The notes: generated by a model from the sequence alone, not told the origin. A stretch of DNA of 64,000 nucleotides from Epiperipatus broadwayi (GCA_028023455.1 JAQFVV010000006.1:8060001-8124000); one strand, 5' to 3'; counted from the first letter of the stretch, positions 11,494 to 25,467 are shown. A program made the numbers and translations.

Positions 11494-12432
11494 CCCTTGG
11501 ATTGATTGCTTCAAATAGATTCGTACATGGTTTTTAACTTGCTGTAATTCAAGAGTTTTTACATTATTGTTGTGTTTAAAGCCATATTTTAAAGCTTAAA
11601 AAGTACCATAAGGTGCTGCCCTCTCTGGAATTATTTTACAAGTAAAAAAATCAATAAATATAGGCATTCTAAGTTTGAACAAAGAGAGAAGCCACACCTT
11701 TGTAAATTCTGATTGGCTGCTTTGATTTTTGCCAAATAAAACTAATTTTCATCGTTCCAACTTCTGATTTGACTGTGAAAATGAAAATTATCTTTGATCA
11801 TTTTTTTAATTATTTTTCTTACATATTATGAATTATTTTCGTAAAATATACTGAAAATATAATTATTTTAGAAAAATAGTAAGATTCTAGTAAGAAATTG
11901 TATACATTTACACGAACATAAATTAAAAAAAAAACCATCGCTAAGAACAATTTTCACACCTGTCAAAAGTTTAAATTGCCCCAAGTTCTTTATTTAATTT
12001 TCACACCAAAATAAATAATGTAGAGTATTTTTCTGGCATTTATTTATATATTGTAATGTATTTTGGTAAAATATGCTTAAAATATAGTTTTTTTAAAAAA
12101 ATAGTAAGATTTTAGCAAAAAACTATTTCACAACGTAAATTGAGAAAGAAAGTTGATGACATATGCAACATTTTGTAATTGGTTATGGACATTGTTTTTA
12201 AATTCACTGCTGTAAAATATTTTTATAATAAAAAATAGAAAATTATTTTTGAAAAAAACTTTTGTTCACTTTCATAATCTGACAAATTATTAATATACTT
12301 TTTACAAATGAAACTAAAACTAATACAATAGTAAAAGATGAATATATTTTTATTGCTGATTCTGTAATTAACCAATCAAAAGTTTAGAGTTTTAAATCAC
12401 TCAGCCAACTAGATTTGCTGTCAACTGAAGAG
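11494..12432. mobile_element. Second piggyBac-like MITE sharing its right TTAA with the next element
   Basis: TTAA-CCCTTGGATTG ... CAACTGAAGAG-TTAA (imperfect TIRs). Confidence 0.45.
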
Positions 12433-12436
12433 TTAA

Positions 12437-13194
12437 CCTTTTAACCGCTAATTATATTATTGGTTGTGCGAGTTAAAAATCAAAGCTTTTAATTGGCTAA
12501 CTCACAAACTGAAGACAAAGCCAATTGTCAAAATATATTCACCTATAATATTAAATTCACTTCAGATTTGTTTATAAAAAGTATATTAATAATTTGTCAG
12601 GTTATGAAAGTGAACGAAAGTTCTTTCAAAAATAAATTGCTATTTATTTATTATAAAATATTCAATTTTGGCAAATTTAAAAGTGAACATACAAACAAAG
12701 AGTTGCTGACATAAATGCTTTTTTTTTCAGTTTTACGTTATGGAAAAGTAAATATTTTTTTTGCTAAATTCTTAAATATTTTTACTAAAATATTCAATAT
12801 TTTTCTAAAATAATTTTGTTTTTTAGCATATTTTATGAAAATGATTTGTAATTTCTCAAAATATACTTTTATAATACTTTAAATCATATTCGAAATGAAA
12901 ATCTCAGCGTTTTTCTTTATTTTCTTTGATCAGGCGGTTTCTTTGTTCTTTCCAGCCAATCAGAATGTCTTTGTCGGCTGAGAGCCAATCACCAACAAGC
13001 TTGCTTTTTTGTTTAGCTTTAGAGGTCATTTTATTGATTTTTTACTTGTAAAATAATTCAGAAGAGGGCAGCATCTTACAGAACTTTTAAAAACCTATCT
13101 AATAAGCGTAAAACGGCTATCCTAGCATTAAAAATAATGGAATTAGAGTGATGTCAATTGTCAATGAGAGGTCTCATAAGAGGCAGGCTAAAGG
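12437..13194. mobile_element. piggyBac-like MITE, paralog of 10528-11274
   Basis: TTAA flanks (12433-12436, 13195-13198); termini CCTTTTAACCGC...GCAGGCTAAAGG. Confidence 0.75.
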
Positions 13195-13934
13195 TTAAAG
13201 GGTTTATGTAATTTCATTCCAGCAAGTTTTAACCATATTTGGACTTCATATATATATATATATTGTAATGTAACCGAGAGATATATGTATAAAACTACAT
13301 ATGTCTGCATTACATGTTTCACAATTTTGAAAAAAAGGATATGATTAAATTCATTTGAAAGAAATAATTATTTCAGAAGTAGATTTTTAGAATGCAATTT
13401 TATAAAATAAAATAAAAAATTGCATTATATTTTTTTAAAAAAAAGAGAACAGGGTAGAGAAAATTATAAAAACTCTCCTTTTTAAAGAAAACTCTCTTTG
13501 TTTTATAAAGTAAAAATAAGTTAAAGGAATAAATCTGTAAAAATAAATCTTAGTAGAAATCAAAAATAAAGATTAATTAATTAATTTGAAATGCTAGTAA
13601 GATTATTAATTAAAAGAAAAACATGTAAACTATCTCACAAAAGTGAAAGTAGATTAATCTAAAAAAGATTAGATTAAAGCAAATGTAAAAATTGATTAAA
13701 TAAAATGAAATGTAAAAATTAATTTAAAAAACATATTCAAGTTATGATCAAAATTGAAAGTAGTGATAAGAAATTAAAACAATGAGAGAGGGAGGTATAT
13801 AAAGTGACCACAATCTATTGTTATTTATTCTGACCTTCATTTTGTGATTGAATTATTTTGCTCTTGAGTCTGCAAGTCATTCCAGTCTTCATTATGTGAT
13901 TGATTGATTATATTATTCATTGCTCCAGAGATTC

Positions 13935-14258
13935 AGAAATCAAAGGACAAATAGAACCATTCATTACTGCTGTGGAAAATATTAATGCAAAAGCCACAGA
14001 TATAGCAACATGTGTTGCGAGACACCTATAGAAGTATTCGACTGGGCTTCAGACCCCAAAAGTCCTTTGCAAATGAACTATCCTGCCTGCACCTTCTCTG
14101 GAAACATGCCAAAATGGTGAAATAGACACTACCACAAACTCTCCCATTGTCAAGACCTAGAATGGAAAAGGTCCTGAAACCATTGATGGAAATCAAAAAG
14201 TCAACTAGTTGGAAAGTAGCACTGATACAAACCAAAACCAAATAAATGGGTCATCTTA
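13935..14258 (+). pseudogene. Decayed coding-like segment of unknown origin
   Basis: One frame (DSEIKGQIEPFITAVENINAKATDIATCVARHL*...) runs ~105 codons with a few TAG/TGA stops in an otherwise stop-rich neighbourhood; no recognisable motif. Confidence 0.25.
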
Positions 14259-14869
14259 ATTTCATGAAATCCTAGGTAAATATATTTTGATCACTGCTTA
14301 TAGACACCCTACATTTTCTAAATGACTTTAACAAACACTTTGGATTTTGAAATCTCCTTGAACCTACCAGCATAAGTTTAGCATAACTAGTGAGTTTGCA
14401 TGGAATCGGTCAATCTCACACTTATGAGCCTCACTTCTTTATGTCTTCCATCTTGCTGCCTCCAAAAAGATGTATGTATTTTTTTCTGCGATAAAATTTC
14501 AATTTTTTTTTTTTTGGTGAAATCCAATTCTTAATTTTTTTTTTTCTCATTTTTTTAGATTTAGTCACCGGAAAAAATTTCTACCACAAAATGGATTCCC
14601 TTGCAGCTTATTGCAGTTCTGATTCTGTGTCTACATGCCAGAGAATGCATTTTAGGCATGGTGATTCATGTTTGCAGTGCATCAACAGGGACTTGCTAAA
14701 GTTATGATGCGAAATTGATTTATGGAAATAATACAAACATGCCACCAAATAATATTTAAAAATCAGGCCAATTATATTATCACTGTAATATAGGATATTT
14801 GAACATGGATTTTCAAGCTTCCTCAATCTATCCACAACTAATACACATGACCATATACATGTGAAAAGA

Positions 14870-14950
14870 ATAAATGACCCCAATACACATATTTCATGTT
14901 GAATCAGCACTCATCATTTGGTTGACATCATCATCTCTCACACATATGTA
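14870..14950 (-). mobile_element. Family A fragment with degenerate hammerhead (14879-14922)
   Basis: Reverse: ACCAA-ATGATGA-GTGCTGATTCAACAT-GAAA-TATGTGT-A-TTGGG; C3 is mutated. Confidence 0.65.
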
Positions 14951-15229
14951 TACTCAATGCTCATAATAAATTTGTTTATTTTGATGTTTATTGCCTTTTT
15001 TTATTCATTTTATTTTACAGAAATTTTTATTTATTTGATATTTATTTTTTTGAATACATTTTTTACTTGAAAAAAATAGATATATTAGCTCCCCCCCCCC
15101 ATTATTCAATAATATAATAATAAATTATATTTTTTCATATATCACAATTTACTAAAGTTCTCTTTTCATAATATCTCATGCACTGTTATTTTTTTTTGCC
15201 CCCAATAAAACCAAATGTATTTCTAACAG

Positions 15230-15326
15230 ATACTCTGAAGGGAAGGACAAGATCTGAGTCTGCAAGTAAAAATGAGACACAAATTGATCCACTTTTAACC
15301 ACTTCTGCTATGAAAAATTTTCTCAG
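15230..15326 (+). other. Candidate 97-nt host exon
   Basis: Acceptor TTCTAACAG|, donor CAG|GTATGT. One open frame (DTLKGRTRSESASKNETQIDPLLTTSAMKNFLR); the other two frames contain stops. Confidence 0.45.
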
Positions 15327-16894
15327 GTATGTCATTATATATCTTTTTTTTCAGCATTTTATGACAAATGTGATGAAGCTGTTTGTGAAAATGTCATTTT
15401 AACATTTATCTTTCAAAATTATAGAATTTGTGAACCAATGTAAAAATAAACATTTTTAAAAGTTATTAAAAATCTTATCTTTTTTTTTTTTTTTTTAAGT
15501 AATGATTATTTTATCAGCTTTATTACATTCTTTTACAATTACTCTTTCTAACAATGTACATATTTTTATATTTATTGCATTCAAATAGAAGATGTGTTAT
15601 AAATTATATTTGTTATAATTTTTTTTAAAATTTAAGTTGGCGACTTGAGGAGAAAAAGAATTTTAATGAAGGACTATGATAGAATTTAACCTGAACTAAT
15701 CATTTATAATTTTCTATGTAAATTTTTATTATGTTGTTTTATATTATGTTAAATATGTCTGTGCATGAATAAATATTAATGTTTGCTTAAGTATTATTTG
15801 GTCTATTCTCTCTATCATTTGTCACTGCATCACTAATTATTTAAAGAAATAAATGTTTATCAGTGTGTTAATTTAATTGAACTAGCTTGGGATATTTCAA
15901 GCACTGGATCATGTGCCTGTCATCCTTAGCATGCTAGCTATATAATATAGTCAGCTGACACCTGAGTTTGATCCTCAAAATAAATAAAATGATTTGGATA
16001 GTGGGATTTGAATCCAGCAGTCAAGGTAGGCCATGGTTTGGAAATGAGATTATGTTAGGCTTTGCATAGCCTGATCTCGTCATGGGTATCGTTGATGGCT
16101 ATGCTATCAATGATATTCTCCCCTCTGCCTGAAGGGCAGATCCATCCCCATTAAGATATAAAATAATTACTAAGAATATATGTATTGAGCTTAATAATGT
16201 GCTTATTAAAGTTTAGCTATTAAACTTAGTTAGATTCCAAAAGTTATTATAAAAGGTATTTAAACCTAGCAATAATTTAAAGTTATTTGGATGAATCCAG
16301 TTCAAAATAAATTAGAAAGAACTTGAATTCAGACTTTCAAGTTCCTTATACATATCCTCTCCGTCTTATACAACTGATACACATGATCACATGTGAAAAA
16401 AATTAATGATCTCCAATATATGTTCTTCATGCTAAACCAGCACTCATACTTGGAGCACATCACCATCTCCCACACATAAATACAATCAGTGCTCAGTTTA
16501 TATTAAGACAGCAAATATTCAAACTTTAATAAACAAGCTTCAATCTTCACCACACTCCAACTCTTCAGCCATCCATATCATTGAAAATCTGAAGATGGAA
16601 CATTCAAAGCCCAATTAATGCAAATATTATTGTCATATCCAGTTGATTTTTAAGATATTCTGACCTCTCACATATAGGACCTTAATATGTTCATTTAAAA
16701 TGCACAGAAGTGGGATGGGCAGAATACAGGTTGAATATCTATTATTCAAATATAAATATATTGTTTATACTAAACACTAAACTTAATGTAATTAAAAGAG
16801 TGAACTCAATACCCTCAAGCTCTTTATAACTACACATTAACTCTTATATAACTGATACACATGACAACATACATTGTGAAAAGGATAAATGATC

Positions 16895-16938
16895 TTCAAT
16901 ATACGTATTTCATGCTGAATGAGCACTCATCAGTTGGT
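16895..16938 (-). ncRNA. Type I minimal hammerhead ribozyme, family A (G10.1 subfamily)
   Basis: Reverse: ACCAA-CTGATGA-GTGCT-CATTC-AGCAT-GAAA-TACGTAT-A-TTGAA; core and palindromic stem III intact. Confidence 0.8.
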
Positions 16939-17357
16939 CCAGATCATCTCCCACACATATATACAAGCAGTACTCAGTTTATATTAACATAACAAATCTT
17001 CAAACTTTAGTGGACCAGCTTCAGTCTTTTCCACACTCTAACTCTTCAACCATCCATCTCATTGAAAATCTGATGATGAAACAGTCAAAGCCTCATACCA
17101 ATATTATTGTCATATTCATGTTGGATTTTTTAAGACATTCTGACTCCTCACATATAGGACCTTAATATGTCCATTTAGGGTGCACAGATGAGGGATGAGG
17201 CTGAATATATATATAATATTCCAAATATAAATGCATTGTTTTTACTAAACTTAATATAATTAGAAGGGTGAACTCAGACTTTTAAGTTCTTTACAACTAT
17301 ACACTCAATATTATACATTTGATATATATGACCACATATTAGGTGAAAAAAAAGATC

Positions 17358-17401
17358 TCCAATATATGTATTTTGTGCTGAACCAGCACTCATCAGTTAG
17401 T
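17358..17401 (-). ncRNA. Degenerate hammerhead, family A
   Basis: Reverse: ACTAA-CTGATGA-GTGCT-GGTTC-AGCAC-AAAA-TACATAT-A-TTGGA; perfect stem II, CGAAA decayed to CAAAA. Confidence 0.7.
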
Positions 17402-18140
17402 CCAGATCACTATCACTCACACATATATACAATTAGTGCTCAGTTTATATTAACAAAGCAAATCTTCATGACAACTTTTAGTTTTCTCCACACCCCAACT
17501 CTTCAGCCATCCCTATCATAGTTTCGACTGTATATATGTGTGGGAGATGGTAATCTGGACCAACTATCGAGTGTTGGTTCAGCACAAAATGTATTGAAGA
17601 TCATTTATCTTTTTTACATGTATGTGATCATGTGTATCAGTTGTATAAGATGATGGATAGCTGTAGGGAGATTGAACATCTGAGTTCAAATCCTTTCTAA
17701 TAACATTAAGTTTAGTATAGACAATAGACTTGAATTTAAATATTATATATATGATATATATGCCGTTATATATTAATTTTAAACAGAAATATAATACAAG
17801 AAGACAATGTTTCTCCTGTTTAGTTTAGTGTGGATGTGGGAACACAAACTCAAAGTTTAAAATTCTTGAATTAACTTCCAAGTGAGATAGGTTAAAAAAA
17901 ACATAATTTGGTCAATTGGAAAAATGTATAGCACTGAGTCTGATTCAGCTTTATTCAATGTAATCATATAATTATTTAATTTAGTATGGTGTTTAACTTA
18001 CAATTTAATATTCTAAATCTTAACAAACTATCCTGTTTCACTATGCAGATTAAAATATATGCTTTTAGAAATTAGATCCATTCTATTTTTTCTACTTTAG
18101 AACCAACCAATGGAAACAAGGTGATAATGCCGCCTTCAAA

Positions 18141-18180
18141 ATCTTTTGACCAGTTTCTGACTTAGGGACTTCATTGGTGA
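18141..18180 (-). ncRNA. Highly degenerate hammerhead relic, lineage E/H
   Basis: Reverse: CCAATGA-A-GTCCCTAAGTC-A-GAAA-CTGGT-C. Confidence 0.3.
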
Positions 18181-21100
18181 TGAATCCTAGAACTAGTTGG
18201 TAGGGAATGTGGATTTGTTGCACAAGTTTGCAACAGATGACTCCTGAGTAGTATAAAGAGAATGAATTACTGTTCCTAAAAGCATATGTTGAACTTTTTA
18301 TAATGTAATAAAATATATATTTTATATAATAATAAATAATTATTAATGGTTATATTTTATATATATAAGAAATTTAAGTTTAAAAAAATAATAAAAAATA
18401 TGAATTAAAAAAAAATATTGTTCAAAAATAGTGTAAAATAATAGAATATGTTTAGTTATAATTTTAATCTGTTAACTAAAGAACATCGTGTAATATAATA
18501 TGAGACATGAGATTTTAATTTGTTCTTCAATAAATCACCTAATAATTGAAACAAAGTGGATATTATATGCATAAGGGAGAAAATCTCACCAACTGACATT
18601 TATTCAGACACATGGTCACTAATATGTGACTGTGCTTGAGTTTATGACATAATTCACTATTATAAAATAGAACTGGATACATAGACAGATTTAAATATTA
18701 TGCAGCAGTGAGAAAATGTTAAGCTGCTTTCAAGATTGTCAATTTTTTGTTACACATAGATTTTTAATTGTATGTAATGTAAACCACCATCTTGTAAGGT
18801 CCTCTTACTCTATCCTACTTCTGTGGTATGAAGTGTTGCTTTGTAAACTTATAGTTTAATACAGCCTTCTGAAATATAATTGAAACTGCACAAATTCGCA
18901 TCAATTTGTAAAGGCTTATTAATAATTCAAAATATAAATGAAAAGTCTCATGCATATAAAACTGACGTTGAATATAGCCGGAGATATGGAAATTCTGGTT
19001 GTTGTTCAGTGAATTTAAATATGAGAATCAAACAAAACTTTTCAATATAATTGTTCAAAAACTAGTACTAATTGCTCCTTGGTTTTTTTAAACTCATAAA
19101 AGAGAAATGGGATATCTGTTTAATTCTAATAACTTGAGTGAAGAAAGAGACCACTGGAACATGATTAACTTCAAATTAATGTCATCGATTAATGCTCCGA
19201 TAGAATTTGACTACAAGTCAAAATTTTAATAATAGTGCAATCTTTTAATATAATATTCATTTACCCGTATGATGGTGAGAAAATGCTTTATGGCCCACTT
19301 TTGAAATTTGGAAAGTATATCTTTGTGTCAGATGTTCATTAATAAAAATGTATTCGTGGAAAAGACACATCCAAATATGTTACAAAATAATTCACATGTC
19401 AGATTCCCAAAGACTCATTGAAATGAACTTGTGAATAATAGACATCTTTCATTATATCCATGCCTATCTTTGTGGTGAGACACAAGATTGGTGCTGGTGT
19501 TGATATAACAAAAGATGAATAATATTGTTTACAAGTTCTTTAGGAATCTATCTTCTGAATTATAGAAGAAATGTATTTGGAGTTGCTTGTGCCATGAATA
19601 GATTTATATTCTTAGTGTTATGTATTTGATAAACTAAATGAAAAATAACCAATTTAAAACAAAATTGAAATAGACAACTCACTGCAAATAAAAATATTAC
19701 TTAATACATCAATCCAGCTTTCATTCCTTAATGGAATCTTTTCAAGATATTTCTTTTTACACAATCACATGACCACCTTCCATTCCACATTAAATATTAT
19801 TAGAATTAATATTATTTATATATATATATAATTCAATATGTACATGTATTTATAGTAATGAATAATTGTTTATAATATGTATACAATTAATTTATATATA
19901 TTTTTAAATTAACTTCATGCCATTTTATAATAACTTTCTGATTTAAAAACACTGGTGATAAATAACACAAATAACTTCATCTTGTCAAAAATTTAATACA
20001 AAAAGGATACAGACATGTCACCCAAATGTTTCCTTTTGCAAATAAAACTTCAGAAAAATGTTTAATAAGTAATACCAAGAGAAGCCTAATACGACTTGAT
20101 TTCTTTCTTCCTGTTATGTCATTATTCGGATAGCCATACCATGGTATCCTCTTAATGATTGCATATATCTTTTGCAAAAATCTTAAAAAATGATTAATAA
20201 ATCATTACCAAAAGAAATGGCCTGACTTCTTTCTTTCAACTATGTCATTATTCAGAAAACCACATCATGTTATCTTCTTAAATTAATCATTATCCTGCAC
20301 AAACATGTCACATATGCAGATCAGTTAAACATTTGGGCAAGGAGTTCACCTACAATTCAATCTTAATATTTACACAACAATGCTATTTTCCAAGATGTTT
20401 CTCCACTTTGTTCAACTTATGCTCACAAATATTATTTTGAAAGTTGGGAAGATGATATTACATCTTTCCATGGTCTCTAAATTATGCATTTTCAATTGCT
20501 AAAAAGTAAATGATAGATCAATATTATCCATATCCTCCACAAAAAACTTATATTTTGACTGTACTTAATGTTTTTTTTTTTTTAAAAAAAAAATGAAAAA
20601 TTAATATTTAAAACATTTCATCTCCCCAATTATGGTTCTCAAATCGTTTTTTCCACCTCAAAATATTCCAAATGCATACCTAACTAAAATTTTGCTTTCA
20701 TAAATGTATATCCTCTTTCATAAAAGACCCCCCCCTCCTTATTTAAGCTTCTATATTACTTTCAAATCCCTGAGTGATTTACCCCAGTGGTAGAGTTGCG
20801 GGTCTCTGATTCAAAGTCCATGGATCGCTATTTCAACACTGCCACTTCTGGTATCCAAATTTCAAATGAACTTCTGGGCAGTAAATCATTCAATTATTTT
20901 GTTTTTATTACTATTCCTCTTCTTTCTTTTTCTTACATATCTACATCTTACCACACTTCGCAAATTATTACTATTATTTTATTCTATTGCTATATGGCAT
21001 GATTTGTTTAAATTGTACCCTCCACCTTTTTTTGTGTAAAAACAAAAAATTAAAATCAATATTCTTAATAATTTTGCAATGTTATGCTTTTAATTAAAAA

Positions 21101-21597
21101 CATGCTAAATATATACAATTACTATTTTTAATTGGACATTTATTCTTATAAAAGGGGGATATACGAATTTATCGTTGATCTATTGTGCACGGATGAAAAT
21201 GAAAATAAGAAATTGATATTACAAAAAAAAAAAAAAATACCACTTGAAAACTATTTGTAAAGTAAAAGGAAAATAATATATATATATTTGAAAACAAAAC
21301 AAAATATGCAACAATTTTCAGTACTTAAGAAAATTATTTAAAACCCAATATTTTTTATGAGCAATAGTGAATTTAAATTAAACGCTTAAAACTAAATCAG
21401 CTGTATGGTTTCCTTGATAGGCTAGTTATCTCCCCATTTAGTTATCATTAAAAAATGATATATTCAAATAGGTTTATTGCTCAGGAGTTCATAAGAACTT
21501 CTAGCTACAGCAATACCAACATTAGGACCTCACCCATATTCCAGCATCTGACATGGTACCCCTATTCTATACTGTAAAGGACAATTTTAGGTGCTGA

Positions 21598-21770
21598 TTT
21601 AGAATGCACTTACCACCATTTTAAATTTCTAAGGACCATTCAAAACCAACGGCTGACACATCCAAGTGATATATAACATCAAATAATCCACACAGGGTTA
21701 CTTGGATGTGTCAGTGGTGGGTTTTGGGTAGTCCTTATAGAATTCAAAATGGCGGTGAGCACAATCTAAA
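21598..21770. mobile_element. Small fold-back/MITE-like palindrome
   Basis: ~70 bp imperfect inverted arms (21598-21669, 21699-21770). Confidence 0.7.
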
Positions 21771-22269
21771 TACTAAACATTTTTAACTTCTAAAATAAAA
21801 GGCATTAAATTTCCAAATGGCCATGAGCGCACTCTAAATAAGTACCCAATTTTATTGCAATACTACTTACATCTGAGTAAAACTGAATTTTTAATAAATG
21901 GGATAAATCTACAGCATTAAAAATCTTATCTATGAAGTAATTTATATATTTCCATTAAGTATATAATAAAGAGAATCCCTTTAATCCGAATATTTATTAT
22001 TCAAAAAATTATATTATTCAAACAAAATTTCAAAGATGATTTCAGCATTTTACAATAAGTAAATTAATTTGTATGTCATATTTACCAAATGTAAAAAAAA
22101 ATTCAAAAAATACAGGTTGACAAACATTAATCTGAAATTCGTAGCTTTTTGAGATATTTGAATTTTTTAGATTTCAATAATAAACCTGCCCATTATAAAG
22201 GAAAACTTGGTTGAAAAATTAAAATAAACTTATGTAATTATATTTCATTAAGCGCACTGGAAGTATATG

Positions 22270-22912
22270 TAAATACTTAAACAGGCTTTAACCTGTAATG
22301 AATGTGCCTTAAAATTTCTAATAGTCAAGCAATATTATTTTGCCAATAGAGGGACCTCACAAACCACAACATAAGATATTGACTTTTATAAAGATAAGAG
22401 TGGCTGTCTTATCTTTAACCTAAATTTCTACTTATACAGGACAATCTGAAGCATCCTGATAGGGAGTGTGAAGTTGTTGTCCTCTTCACTGTTTTAAGTC
22501 CACTATTTCCTTACTAATAACCTTCGTGAAATTTCAAGTTTAAGTATTTACATGTACTTCCGGTGTGCTCAATAAAATATAATTACAACTCTACAATAGT
22601 TTATAGATTTTCCAGTATTAAGATCACAACTTTATCTTACTATAAATCACAAGATTTTGCGAAGGTTAATTAGTAAAGGAAATAGTGGACTTAAACAATG
22701 AAGAGAACAACAACTTCACACTCCCAAATCAGAAATGCTTCAGATTGGCCTATATAAGTAGAAATTTAGGTTAAAGATAAGAAGGCTACTCTTTATAAAA
22801 GTCACTATCTTGTGTTGTGGTTTGTGAGGTTCCTTTATCGACAAAATAATATTGCTTGATTATTAGAAATTTTAAGGTGCATTCGTTACAAGTTAAAGCC
22901 TGTTTAAGTATA
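22270..22912. mobile_element. Fold-back/MITE-like element with ~255 bp inverted arms
   Basis: Arms 22271-22526 and 22660-22912 align as reverse complements; related fragments at 1350-1758 and 58640-58745. Confidence 0.8.
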
Positions 22913-23789
22913 TATCTAGCTTTATAAATTTATTTTAACAATAATAATAATATAACATTTTAAAATATAGAATATGTTTATAGTCAACTATTGTAAAATC
23001 ACACCTGCATTAGATCAAGACATGTAAAAAACGAGTGAACAATGCAAGTCTTTCTAAAGGTGTATTTGAACTTGGATATGGTTTTCATGACAGCAATAAG
23101 CACCATCTACGTTATAAAGATTATCTTGAAGACATTTAAAGAAATGCAATGGCAATTATTTCCTTGGTGGAAAATAGACTGCGTTGGAGAGTTACAATTT
23201 GACACACGGTGTTGAAGTATTTTGGAAAGAAATGTTTTCAGATGAATGAGTTAAAAGGCAACATTGTAAAATATCACACAAACAGAAAAATAGATTACCA
23301 TGTTTTATACATTGACATTTTGTAGTTAACAGATCAATTTGTGTAGTTTTTCTCTCTTCTTTTTTCCAGGGGGGGGAGGGGGTAGAAAAAACATATTCAT
23401 ATAGCAGTTCTTAAATTTCGAAAAATATCAAGTTCTTGGATCATGAATAATGGACATAGAGAATTGTTCAGAGAATGATATAACCATTTTTCAAATGTGT
23501 TAAAATTTCATATATATTGAGATATTGTAAAAATATCCCCCATGCAGTAATTCTTTTCATAAATGAGGATTTATAAAGGTGAAATTAAATAAACAAATTA
23601 TAATGATATTTATAACAGCAGAATTTTTCAATTTATTACAAACAGCAATAATTCAAAACAATAAATTGCAACAATTATTTACGATTTTGTTCAGACAAGA
23701 AGTTTTTGAATTAGTGATTATTTGGATTTACAGTAGTCTACGATACCTATTAAATCGTGAATTCCAAGAGATTGTAAACGACCTAGAAT

Positions 23790-23935
23790 AAGACCACAAG
23801 TGAGGTGGATGGATGAAATAAGGAAGTATATTGGTGTGATGTGGAGAAGAGAGGCTAGAGATCAGAGAAGACGTATTGAACTAAAAGATCTTCATCCTGC
23901 AGTGGATCGATAATGGTTGAAATTGATAACGATAA
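23790..23935 (+). mobile_element. RTE LINE 3'-terminal fragment
   Basis: Matches 38710-38850 (TGGATGGATGAAATAAG...TTCATCCTGCAGTGGAT.GATAATGGTTGA). Confidence 0.85.
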
Positions 23936-24889
23936 CTATAAATTAATGTCTTATTGCAGTGAACTGTCTGACTTTTTTTGTTCCTTCTATCTTAGCAGAG
24001 TTTGATTTACAGTGAGAAAGTAAAAGATCCAATCTTGGAATCTGAAAAATTCATAAATTTGAATTACGATTATTCCGTGATTTATTTCTATCAATAAAAC
24101 TAAAAGTACAACCATGAATTTTTCGAAAGCATCGGTTTCAAAAAAAAATCTTCCTGCAAATGAAAGAGGTAAGGAAAATTATTTCAAAAATCTCCATTAA
24201 TAGGCATCACCTTTTCTCAACCAACTAAAAAAGAAAAGGAAAAAATCCCTCTATTTTCTAGCAAGGTAAATTTAAAATAGAAACAAACTTCCTTCCAATT
24301 GAATAAAAAAAGTAATAAGCCATCAAAAAAAAAAAACACACACACACACACACATTTAAATGTGTACAAAAAAAGCAATTACAAACTTCAATGGATAATT
24401 ATGATTCAATACAGAACAACACGTTACAATTATGAAATTTTTTATAGAAATATTATTCACATTTGACAGTATGAATTCTTATTGGAGAGAAGCCTTTAGC
24501 TATGCCAGAACATTATAGACCACAGATAATGTATACATAGATGATCCTTGATCCTAACAATAGTAACTTTAGGAAAGAGGTAACTTTATATTCTTACCTT
24601 TCCCTCCCCCAAGTCATCATGTCTGCTAAAGATAGTATAGCAACTGAAAATGACATTCTGTGATTGATCAGTGAAAGGATGTATCACATCTCAAAAGACT
24701 AGAATGCTACCAGCAGCCTAAAGATTTTCAACACATGATCAACAGACATTTCCAAATGGAAAAGATACCACTTTTGGGGTACAAAGGAACTATTATTCAT
24801 ACTAATAGACAAGCCTTGGAAAACCAAATTAAAATTCAACTTCAAGCTTCAACATGACAAAAATAGAAATAAATTTATGATATTATGCT

Positions 24890-25467
24890 CACCTACAGAT
24901 TTCCATGCATCACTATATCAAATGGTTTATTTCAAATACGACCATTCTGGGCATTTAATACCATACTAATGACAGCAATAAATAATTTATGATTATTTGG
25001 ATAAGTTAGGTCATAAAGATATATACTAAACAGTCATCTGTGAATAATCTCAGGCAAAATCTAAAAATATTCCACTTGTAAATAACATAAATATCACTCA
25101 TAAACATTCCAGGAATGCAAACTGTGAGGAGACCCTAAATCCAAACAGAGGTCCATATTAGCCTTGACAATGGAAGAGTTTAAAATCAACGCAACTCTCA
25201 GTAAACTTTACTACTATCATAGTACATGAAATAGCTAAACAATACCATATTTAGTATATATGACTTCAACTACACTATTTTGTTTCTTATAGCCAAGACT
25301 CCATCCCCTGAGACTAATCTTTCAGTGAAGAATAATATTAATAAAAGCCAAATAAAAAGAAATGGAAAGATAATTCTAAGATTGATGACATTAAACAGTT
25401 GGTTTTCAGGAGTAATAATTAATGACAAGAAGACCTTAATCCCAAAACAAAAGATATAAATTATCAA
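24890..25467 (-). pseudogene. Decayed non-LTR reverse transcriptase fragment
   Basis: Reverse strand near 25020-25060 encodes CLRLFTDDCLVY (RLFADDC-type catalytic motif); neighbouring frames are disrupted. Confidence 0.5.

Larger units (their letters stand above)
16315..17760. repeat. Tandem array of ~2.5 family A monomers (minus, 16315-17515) followed by an inverted partial monomer (plus, 17530-17760)
   Basis: Hammerhead motifs at 16412-16455, 16895-16938 and 17358-17401 (spacing 483 and 463 bp), and at 17559-17599 on the plus strand. Confidence 0.85.

Noticed and set aside
13260-13900. LTR of an LTR retrotransposon upstream of the decayed ORF at 13935
   Set aside because: No second LTR, PBS or PPT could be identified.
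14603-14850. Possible hAT transposase dimerisation-domain relic (…LWK…IFEHGFSSFLNL)
   Set aside because: Several stops and only a weak motif resemblance; cannot be supported without a profile search.
23040-23200. Possible mariner catalytic-domain relic (HDSNKH, EMQWQLFP)
   Set aside because: Similarity too weak and spread over different frames.
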